Source of the DNA: Deltaproteobacteria bacterium
GTDB taxonomy: Bacteria > Myxococcota > Myxococcia > Myxococcales > SZAS-1
DNA length: 64,000 nucleotides
Direction: 5' to 3'
Assembly: GCA_018266075.1 (NCBI GenBank)
Contig: JAFEBB010000025.1
Location: 26,613-90,612, forward strand
Positions 35,585 to 42,784 of this stretch are shown here, piece after piece (position 1 is the first letter of the stretch; every line of letters begins with the position of its first letter). A program made the position numbers and the translations under genes. Below the pieces are notes generated by a model. That model was not told the origin of the DNA and searched no databases. It was given only the letters and a program-made list of their open reading frames with translations.

Positions 35585-36066
35585 GGCTCGCTCCGGGCGA
35601 CGAACTTTCGCGCGCGCGCGAGGAAGTCGGCGAGGTGGTTCACCACGCTGCGCCGCGAGATGCCCAGCACCTTCGCGACCTCGTCCTGGGTGAGGCCATC
35701 GACATAGGTCAAATACGCGCAGGCCCGCAGCTTGGCGGGCACGCGGTCGATGAGCGCGCGCGCGAGCTGGGCGTCGGCGAGGCGCGCTTCACTCAGGTCA
35801 TCGGCGATCTCGGGAAGTGTGTCCGTCGGCTCGGCGCGCTTGCCGCGATCGCGGAGCTCATTGAGGCAATAGTTCGTGGCGATTCGATAGATCCACGGAA
35901 CGGCTTCGTCGACGTTGGGGGCTTCGGCGAGGTGGCGGTGGACGCGCACGAACGTCTCCTGGGTCGCGTCGTCGGCGGCTGCGCCGTCGCCCAGAATGCG
36001 GCGACAGCGCTCGTGGATGAGCGGTCCGTACGTGCGGAAAAGGCGCTCGAGCTCGGCCGCGGTCAT
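35581..36066 (-). CDS. ECF-family RNA polymerase sigma factor
   Basis: Track ORF 35581..36225 trimmed to ATG 36066. Region 2 (DATQETFVRVHRHL, WIYRIATNYCLNELR) and region 4 HTH (LTQDEVAKVLGISRRSVVNHL). Confidence 0.85.
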   Translation of the reverse strand: MTAAELERLFRTYGPLIHERCRRILGDGAAADDATQETFVRVHRHLAEAPNVDEAVPWIYRIATNYCLNELRDRGKRAEPTDTLPEIADDLSEARLADAQLARALIDRVPAKLRACAYLTYVDGLTQDEVAKVLGISRRSVVNHLADFLARARKFVARSEP

Positions 36067-36197
36067 TCCCGCGTCTGGGCTTAGCACGGTTCCGCCAGGC
36101 GGACGTGTCCGACGACTTGTGACGGGATAACCCGGGCGGGCGAGAGATTGCGCAAACGGAGTTCGCGCGCGAATCGGATAGCCTGCGCCTTCACGTG

Positions 36198-37400
36198 ATG
36201 CGGACTCTCTTCGCGGCCCTGGCATTCATTGCCTTCGCGTCTCCGGCGGTCGCGGCGCCGGTGCGCAAGCTCGCGGTGGTGGTGCCGCCGTCGTCGAGCT
36301 GCCCGGATGCGATCGCGGTGGTGGAGACGCTGCGCGAGGAGCTCCCGCGCTGGACCGTCGCGCCGGGCGGGCAGGGCGAGGCGCTCTCGGCCGTGGTCGA
36401 GCTCGCGAAGCCGGACACGCTCGCGGTGAAGCTCATCGATCACGGGCGGCTCGTGGAGCATCGCTCGATCGAGTTCGCGCCGGGCGGCTGCGCGGACCTG
36501 CCGCGCACCATCTCGCTCATCGTGAAGCTCTGGGTGCGCGCGTTGCCCGGCGTGCGCGATGAAGCGCCGGAGCCCAAGCCCGTTCGCCAGATCGCGAAGC
36601 GGCAGCAGCCTGTACGCGAAGAGCCGAAGCCGGAGCCTGTCGCGATCGCGCCCGAGCCGCACGAGACGCCGGCGATTCCGGAGCCGCCGCCGCAAGTCGC
36701 CGCTCCCATGCCCGCGCCGGATGCGGGGCCACCGCCGACGATTCCGCCGCCGCAGCCGGCGCCCCCGCCGCCGCCGGTCGTCGTTGCCGTCGCCGATGTG
36801 CCGAAGCCCGCGCCCAATGCGGCGGTTGCGCATCCCGCCGAGTCGAAGCCCGCCGCGAGCACCTGGACGCTTCCGCCGCTGCACCTCGAGCTGCTCGCGG
36901 GCGGTGGAGGGATGGCGTCGTTCAGCGGCGACGTGTCGCCCACTGCGGGGCTGCGCATCGATCTCGGGATGGGCGCGCGGTTTGGACTGGAGCTACACGG
37001 CGCGTGGGACGGCTCGCTCACCGGCAGAAGCGATGGCGGCTCCGTCACGGTCAGCCGACAAGCGCTCGCGCTGCAGCTTCGCGCGACGCTTCATCCGCGC
37101 AGCGTCGACACGAGCCGCATCCTGATTCTCGCGGGACCCGCTTTGCAGCACGTCTCGGGGCAGAGCGCGAACTTCCAAGGCGCCAACAGCGCCAGCTCCA
37201 CGGACTTCGGCGGCGAGCTCGGCGCGCTCTGGGCACAGGATCTTCCCGCGGGCTTCGCCATCGCCGGAGGACCCTCCGCGCGGCTCTGGAGCCGCTCGGA
37301 CAACTTCTGGGTGAAGATCAGCGGCAATCCGCACACCCTCGAATCCACGCCTCAATTCTGGCTGGGCGCCGAGGTCTGCGTGACCTACCGCGTGTTTTGA
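36198..37400 (+). CDS. Exported protein with Pro-rich linker and C-terminal outer-membrane beta-barrel-like domain
   Basis: Signal MRTLFAALAFIAFASPAVA (GTG 36195 is an alternative start), a ~90-aa Pro-rich tract, beta-strand-rich C-terminus ending VTYRVF (aromatic terminal residue typical of OMPs). Confidence 0.7.
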   Translation: MRTLFAALAFIAFASPAVAAPVRKLAVVVPPSSSCPDAIAVVETLREELPRWTVAPGGQGEALSAVVELAKPDTLAVKLIDHGRLVEHRSIEFAPGGCADLPRTISLIVKLWVRALPGVRDEAPEPKPVRQIAKRQQPVREEPKPEPVAIAPEPHETPAIPEPPPQVAAPMPAPDAGPPPTIPPPQPAPPPPPVVVAVADVPKPAPNAAVAHPAESKPAASTWTLPPLHLELLAGGGGMASFSGDVSPTAGLRIDLGMGARFGLELHGAWDGSLTGRSDGGSVTVSRQALALQLRATLHPRSVDTSRILILAGPALQHVSGQSANFQGANSASSTDFGGELGALWAQDLPAGFAIAGGPSARLWSRSDNFWVKISGNPHTLESTPQFWLGAEVCVTYRVF

Positions 37401-37434
37401 AGGTAGTTGAAGCCCGGGACACTCACCGGGCCTC

Positions 37435-38019
37435 GTGAAGCCCCAACTGGTTCATTCGGCGCGCGACGCCTTCGAGCCGGAGCTGTCCGCGGTGGAGGTG
37501 GCCGTGTCGGCAGCGCCGAGCTTGTCGAGCTTGTACGCCACGCACCTGCCGTTCGTGCGGCGCGCGGTGGCGCACCTCGCCGGGCCCGACCTCGAGCACG
37601 ACGACCTCGTTCAGGACGTGTTCGTGCAAGCGGTGAAGAGCCACCACACCTTCGAGTCGCGTTCGAGCGTGCAGACCTGGCTCTACGGCATCGCCCTGCG
37701 CGTCGTCGGCAATGCGCGGCGGCGCGCGAAGTTTCGCCGGCTGCTCGGCTTGCAGGCCAAGCAGGAGCCCCAAGCGCCATCGACCGACGCGAGCCAGCTT
37801 CTGGATCGCGCGCAGACGCGCGCGTCGGTGCATCGAATCCTCGAACGGCTGCCGGAGAAGAAGCGCACCGTGCTCGTGCTGCATGAGCTCGAGGGCGTGC
37901 CCGGCGAAGAGATCGCGGAGATCTTGCAGTGTCCCGTGGGCACGGTCTGGACGCGGCTGCACCACGCGCGAAGGCAGTTTCAGCTCGAGCTCGAGAAGGA
38001 AGCCGGGAGGTCGCCATGA
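37435..38019 (+). CDS. ECF-family RNA polymerase sigma factor (second)
   Basis: DLVQDVFVQAVKS, WLYGIALRVVGNARR and the region 4 HTH IAEILQCPVGTVWTRLHHAR. The start may lie downstream of GTG 37435. Confidence 0.85.
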   Translation: MKPQLVHSARDAFEPELSAVEVAVSAAPSLSSLYATHLPFVRRAVAHLAGPDLEHDDLVQDVFVQAVKSHHTFESRSSVQTWLYGIALRVVGNARRRAKFRRLLGLQAKQEPQAPSTDASQLLDRAQTRASVHRILERLPEKKRTVLVLHELEGVPGEEIAEILQCPVGTVWTRLHHARRQFQLELEKEAGRSP

Positions 38020-39191
38020 AACCCACTCCCTGGACGACGGAGGCCGCCGAGCCTGCGGAGAAGCGGGCCGCCGAGGCGCTGGCAGCGGCGCGTGTCGAGC
38101 CCGAGCCGTGGTCGCCGGCCAAGGAGCGTGAGGTGCTCGCGGCGGTTCGCGCGCGCGTGGAGGAGCGGCCGTCGCTCGCGGGACGGCTGGTGCTCTTTGC
38201 CGCGGTGGCCGGTGCGTCGGCAGCGGCCGTCTTCTTCGCGTCTCGCCTCGTCTCGTCGACGCCGCCCGCGCCGCCGCAGCTCCTCGCCTCCGCCGATGCC
38301 GACTACACGGTGACGCCGAGCGCGCCTTCGCAGCCTGTGGCGCTGAGCGTTCACCGCGGCTCGGTCCACGTGAAGCGCGATGCGTCTGGGGTGTACACGC
38401 TCGACGCGCCGGGGCTGAGCGGGCGAGTCGAAGCGCGCGTGTTCGACGTGCAGGTCGCCGGTGCGCGTGCAGAGCTCGTGGTGGAGGAGGGCAGTGCCGA
38501 CGTCGTCACGCGCGACGGCCGCACGCTCCACATCGCCGCGGGTCAGCGCATCGCCTCGGATGATCCCCGGCTCCAACCGCCGACGCCTGCGCCGCAACCG
38601 CAGCCCCAGCCGCAGCATGCGTCGACGCGGTCGCCAAGCGCTGACTTGTGCGCGGCCATCACCGATCTCGCGTCGCGTCGCGCGTGCTACGTGCGCGTGG
38701 CCCAGGGCGACGACCTCGCCGCGCAGAACGCGATGATGGAGCTGGGCATGCTCGAGCAGGACGAAGCCCACGATGGCGCTTCGGCGCTCGAGTATTGGAG
38801 CGCCTACCAGAAGCGCTTCCCCGCGGGCGCGCTCGGGCCCGAGGCCTCGGTGGCGATCCTGGGAGAGCTGCTCTCGGAGCAGAAGCTCGTCGAGGCGCGC
38901 AAGGAAGCGGAGAGCTTCATGGCCAAGTATCCGCAGGACGGTCGCGTGGGCGAGCTGCGCATCACGCGCGCGTCGCTGGGCTGCCAGCTTCGCGGCGCGT
39001 CCGGGTTGAGTGAGCTCGACGCGCTCGAGGGCGTGGCGGGCGTGGATCTGCCGTCGCTGCGGCTCGAGCAGGGCAAGTGCGAGGCGCGGCTGGGTCGCCA
39101 TGATGAAGCGCGGGAGCACTGGCTCGATGCGGTCCAGCGCGATCCGAATGGGCCGCACGTCGACGAGCTGCGACGTCTGCTGGGCGAATGA
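38016..39191 (+). CDS. FecR-like anti-sigma factor / transmembrane sensor with TPR-like C-terminus
   Basis: ATG 38016 overlaps the sigma stop (ATGA). TM LVLFAAVAGASAAAVFFA. FecR-like beta region (VHRGSVHVKRD...VVEEGSADVVTRDGRTLHIAAGQ). Confidence 0.75.
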   Translation: MKPTPWTTEAAEPAEKRAAEALAAARVEPEPWSPAKEREVLAAVRARVEERPSLAGRLVLFAAVAGASAAAVFFASRLVSSTPPAPPQLLASADADYTVTPSAPSQPVALSVHRGSVHVKRDASGVYTLDAPGLSGRVEARVFDVQVAGARAELVVEEGSADVVTRDGRTLHIAAGQRIASDDPRLQPPTPAPQPQPQPQHASTRSPSADLCAAITDLASRRACYVRVAQGDDLAAQNAMMELGMLEQDEAHDGASALEYWSAYQKRFPAGALGPEASVAILGELLSEQKLVEARKEAESFMAKYPQDGRVGELRITRASLGCQLRGASGLSELDALEGVAGVDLPSLRLEQGKCEARLGRHDEAREHWLDAVQRDPNGPHVDELRRLLGE

Positions 39192-39237
39192 AGGTGTTTC
39201 CGGGTCGAGACACCTACGGGCCACTTCGGAGGTCCAC

Positions 39238-40797
39238 ATGAGGCTCAGGTTCTTCGCGCTGGTCGTCGCAATCGGTGTTGCGGGTTGCCAGGACAAACAG
39301 CTCCAGGTCGGCGAGGCGTCTTCGTCGGGCTCGAGCGGCACCACTTCGAGCTCGGGCTCGACTGCGACATCCGCGAGCAGCAGCGCGTCGTCGTCGAGCT
39401 CGAGCAGCACGTCGACATCGGGCAGCAGCGCGTCGTCGTCCTCGACCACCAGCAGCTCGTCGACGAGCAGCGGCAGCGGCTCCACCAGCACCACAGGCAG
39501 CTCGGGAAGCTCGAGCGGCTCGACGACCGGCGGCCAGGCTGCGTTCTGCAGCGACATGGTTCAGCCGCTGTGCACGCTCAAGAAGGCCTGCGGCCTGCTC
39601 GATCCGCAGGCGGACTGCAGCATCGCCGCAGCATCGATGACGCAGCAGTGCAACGACGGAAACCTTGCCTTCGATCTCGGCGCCGCGACCACGTGCCTGA
39701 CCGCGCTCCAGACCGCGTCGCAGAGCAGCGACTGCAACAGCCCGCTCCTCACGCTGCAGACGAACGCGTGCTCGAGCGTGTTCAAGCCCAACGTGCCCGA
39801 GGGCGGAACGTGCTCCGTCGGCTCGACGAACGAGTGCATCCCGCGACCGGACGGCGGCGAGGTTCCGTGCCAGGGCCCGCCATTCGCGTCGTGCACGGGC
39901 GTGTGCAGCCTGGGCCCGCTCCTCGGTCAGCCGTGCGTCACCGGCTGCCAGGAGGGCGTGTGTGACCAGAGCTCCGGCACCTGCGTGCCCTTCACCGACG
40001 GCGGCCCGTGCCAGGGCATCGACACCGGGTGCGAGCCCGGGGTGGAGTTCTGCAACCACGACGGCGGCGCCGGCTACTGCTCGCCCCGCGGCCAGCCGGG
40101 CGAGAGCTGCTCCGACTGGAACGGCGACACGTGCGCCCCTGGCAGCACCTGCGTGGAGCCGGCCGACGGCGGCCGCGACGCCTACTGCTTCGCGCAGATC
40201 GCCGTGGGCCAGGCCTGCCCGCAGGAGCTGAGCGGAAGCGCCATTTGCCAGGGCAACGCCCAGTGCGTGGACGGCAGCTGCCAGATCACGGTCGCCGTGG
40301 AGGGCGAGCCGTGTGACGCGACGATCGCGTGCTACGGCAGCGTGTGCAACAACCCCGACGGCGGCGCAGGGGTGTGCATCGACGGCCCGACGCTCGGCCA
40401 GCCGTGCAACGGGGGCGCCTGCGCGCAGGGCCTGGTGTGCGCGTCGGGGACCTGCCAGAGCGCTCAGACGGCAGGTGAGTCGTGCTTCTCGGTGAACTGC
40501 ACCACGGGAGACTACTGCGACAGCACCAACACCTGCCGGGTGCTCGGCGGCCTCGGCGACGCGTGCGACCCCAATTCGATCTACTGGCCGTGCCGAGAGG
40601 GCCACTGTGACACGACCGGCCACTGCTCGGCATTCAAGGCGCCAGGCATGGCCTGCAACCCGTTCGATCTGGACTGCTCGGCCTTCATCGGCACCACCAC
40701 GCCCACCGACGGTGGCCCGGTGATGAAGTTCGACTCCGCCTGCCAAGCGACGACCGACGGCGGCGGTTCGGTCTGTGTCCAGCTGAGCTGTCCGTAG
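39238..40797 (+). CDS. Large Cys-rich repeat lipoprotein with Ser-rich linker
   Basis: Track ORF 39010..40797 trimmed to ATG 39238 (GGAGG upstream). MRLRFFALVVAIGVAGC lipobox, ~73-aa Ser/Thr/Gly tract, about 9 repeats of the G-x-x-C...C...G-x-C type. Confidence 0.8.
   Translation: MRLRFFALVVAIGVAGCQDKQLQVGEASSSGSSGTTSSSGSTATSASSSASSSSSSSTSTSGSSASSSSTTSSSSTSSGSGSTSTTGSSGSSSGSTTGGQAAFCSDMVQPLCTLKKACGLLDPQADCSIAAASMTQQCNDGNLAFDLGAATTCLTALQTASQSSDCNSPLLTLQTNACSSVFKPNVPEGGTCSVGSTNECIPRPDGGEVPCQGPPFASCTGVCSLGPLLGQPCVTGCQEGVCDQSSGTCVPFTDGGPCQGIDTGCEPGVEFCNHDGGAGYCSPRGQPGESCSDWNGDTCAPGSTCVEPADGGRDAYCFAQIAVGQACPQELSGSAICQGNAQCVDGSCQITVAVEGEPCDATIACYGSVCNNPDGGAGVCIDGPTLGQPCNGGACAQGLVCASGTCQSAQTAGESCFSVNCTTGDYCDSTNTCRVLGGLGDACDPNSIYWPCREGHCDTTGHCSAFKAPGMACNPFDLDCSAFIGTTTPTDGGPVMKFDSACQATTDGGGSVCVQLSCP
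39316..39534 (+). repeat. Ser/Thr/Gly low-complexity coding tract
   Basis: Encodes ASSSGSSGTTSSSGSTATSASSSASSSSSSSTSTSGSSASSSSTTSSSSTSSGSGSTSTTGSSGSSSGSTTGG. Confidence 0.85.
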
Positions 40798-40896
40798 GGC
40801 GCCCGACCCGCGCGGGCCTTGTAGCAGCTGCTACCGGCGTCGAAGGTGCCGTCCGGCAAGCGCTGCGCTATACAGGGCTCGCGCAGGAAGGGATCC

Positions 40897-41391
40897 ATGC
40901 CCCGCTTCATCGAAGGAAAGCTCACCGCCGAGGGTCTGCGGTTCGCCATCGTCATCTCGCGGTGGAACAGCTTCATCACCGAGGAGCTGCTCTCGGGCGC
41001 CATCGACGCGCTCATCCGCCACGGCGTTGACGATGCCGACATCGACGTCGTCCGCGTGGCCGGCTCGTTCGAGATTGGCCCCGCGGCGCGCACGCTGCTC
41101 GAGAAGAGCGCCGGCCGCTACGACGGCCTCATCGCCCTCGGCGCCGTGATCCGCGGGGGCACGCCGCACTTCGACTACATCGCCGGCGAGGTGGTGAAGG
41201 CTGTGGCCAGCCTGGCCATGGAGTCGAGCGTGGCCGTGTCGTTCGGCGTGTTGACCACGGACTCCATCGAGCAGGCCATCGAGCGCGCGGGCACCAAGGC
41301 GGGCAACAAGGGCGCCGAGGCCGCCATGGCGTGCGTGGAGCAGGCCAATGTGCTGCGCGCCATCGCCGGTGCGAAGGGAAAGAAGAAGTGA
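40897..41391 (+). CDS. ribH: 6,7-dimethyl-8-ribityllumazine synthase
   Basis: Track ORF 40846..41391 trimmed to ATG 40897 (AGGAAGG SD). FAIVISRWNSFITEELL and GAVIRGGTPHFDY motifs. Confidence 0.9.
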   Translation: MPRFIEGKLTAEGLRFAIVISRWNSFITEELLSGAIDALIRHGVDDADIDVVRVAGSFEIGPAARTLLEKSAGRYDGLIALGAVIRGGTPHFDYIAGEVVKAVASLAMESSVAVSFGVLTTDSIEQAIERAGTKAGNKGAEAAMACVEQANVLRAIAGAKGKKK

Positions 41392-41807
41392 CGTCGGCCC
41401 GGCACACCGCTCGCGAGCGCGCGCTGCAGGCGCTCTATCAAGTCGATCTCGCCAACGCCGAGCCCGGCGCTGCGCTGCAGGCCGCGTTCGCCGCCGATGA
41501 GGCGAAGCTCGATCTGCCCAACCAGCAGTTCGCGCGCGCGCTCGTGGACGGCGTTCTCGCGCACCTCGCGGAGCTCGACGCGCTGATTCAGAAGCACTCC
41601 ACGCACTGGCGCGTGGAGCGCATGCCCAAGATCGATCGCAACGTGCTGCGGCTCGCGACCTACGAGCTCAAGTTCGATCCCGAGACGCCGGGCAAGGTGG
41701 TGCTCAACGAGGCCGTGGAGCTCGGCAAGGCCTTTGGCTCGGAAGAGTCGAGCAGCTTCATCAACGCCATCCTGGACAAGGTTGCCCAGGAGCTGAACCG
41801 GAAGTAG
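41388..41807 (+). CDS. nusB: Transcription antitermination factor NusB
   Basis: GTG 41388 overlaps the ribH stop (GTGA). ARERALQALYQ...NVLRLATYEL...VVLNEAVELGKAFG...FINAILD. Confidence 0.9.
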   Translation: MTSARHTARERALQALYQVDLANAEPGAALQAAFAADEAKLDLPNQQFARALVDGVLAHLAELDALIQKHSTHWRVERMPKIDRNVLRLATYELKFDPETPGKVVLNEAVELGKAFGSEESSSFINAILDKVAQELNRK

Positions 41808-41810
41808 CCC

Positions 41811-42290
41811 GTGACCGTCGAGCACCTGGACGCCACGTTTGACGCGCTGGACACGCTCTCCATCGAGACGCTGGCGCTGTTCATGCTCACCGACCGCCGG
41901 CCGCTGAGGGGCGTGGCGGGGCTCGTCGACTGGCGGCTTTGCGGCGAGCTCTCGCGCGCGCTGCAGTCGGGCGGCATCACCGGCAAGCTCGGCGAGCGGC
42001 TCTTGATGCCCACGCACAGTCGGGTCGGCGCGCGGCGCCTGCTGGTGTTCGGCGCGGGGTCGAGCACCACGCCGCTGCCGGCGCTCGAGCTGGGCAAGGC
42101 GCTCGCGGCCGCGCGGCTGGCGGGCGCGAACGAGCTCGCGCTGGAGCTGCCCGAGAACGCGTCGCCGGACGCGGTGGCGAGCGCGGTGAACAGCTTCGAC
42201 GGCAAGCGGCTGGTGCTCATCGGCGCGTCGGCCGAGCAGAAGGAGCGGCTCTCACAGCGCGCGAGTGAGCGGGCGAGCAAGCGCGCCTAG
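41811..42290 (+). CDS. Hypothetical protein
   Basis: 159-aa ORF 3 nt after nusB with protein-like composition. It vaguely recalls the N-terminal domain of M17 aminopeptidases, but I cannot support a family call. Confidence 0.55.
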   Translation: MTVEHLDATFDALDTLSIETLALFMLTDRRPLRGVAGLVDWRLCGELSRALQSGGITGKLGERLLMPTHSRVGARRLLVFGAGSSTTPLPALELGKALAAARLAGANELALELPENASPDAVASAVNSFDGKRLVLIGASAEQKERLSQRASERASKRA

Positions 42291-42379
42291 GGCGTCGGCG
42301 CTGGGAAGCGCCTCCCACAACCCTCCCTCGACGAGCAGGAAGGCGAGCGCGCGCCAATCGCTGTGGTACGCTTCCCCAC

Positions 42380-42781
42380 GTGAGGCCGGGCTCAGGAATC
42401 AAGGTCCTGGTGGTGGACGACTCGAAGGCGGCGCGCGAGCTCTTGTGCGCCACGCTCGAGGAATTGCCCGACACCGAGGTCACGGAGGCGGTGAGCGGCT
42501 TTGACGCCCTCAAGGTCCTCCCGCGCCACCAGTTCGACCTCATCATCACCGACATCAACATGCCCGACATCAACGGGCTCGAGCTCATCAACTTCGTCAA
42601 GAAGAACCCCAGCTACCGCGACGTGCCGCTCTTCATCCTCTCCAGCGAGAACAAGGAGCAGGACAAGCAGCGGGGCCTGGCCCTCGGCGCCGCCGAGTAC
42701 CTCACCAAGCCCTTCGAGCCGCCGCACCTTCTGGAGCTGGTGAAGCGTCACCTGGGACTCGGCGATCAGCAGGCGGTGTAG
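42380..42781 (+). CDS. cheY: CheY-like single-domain response regulator
   Basis: VLVVDDS, phospho-acceptor context DLIITDINMP, conserved K in YLTKPF. Confidence 0.85.
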   Translation: MRPGSGIKVLVVDDSKAARELLCATLEELPDTEVTEAVSGFDALKVLPRHQFDLIITDINMPDINGLELINFVKKNPSYRDVPLFILSSENKEQDKQRGLALGAAEYLTKPFEPPHLLELVKRHLGLGDQQAV

Positions 42782-42784
42782 GCC

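Noticed and set aside
28659-40896. Calling the rib-operon insertion a mobile genetic element
   Set aside because: No integrase, transposase, conjugation or phage genes, no tRNA target, no flanking direct repeats that I could see, and GC content looks native. It is reported as a finding, not as a mobile_element feature.
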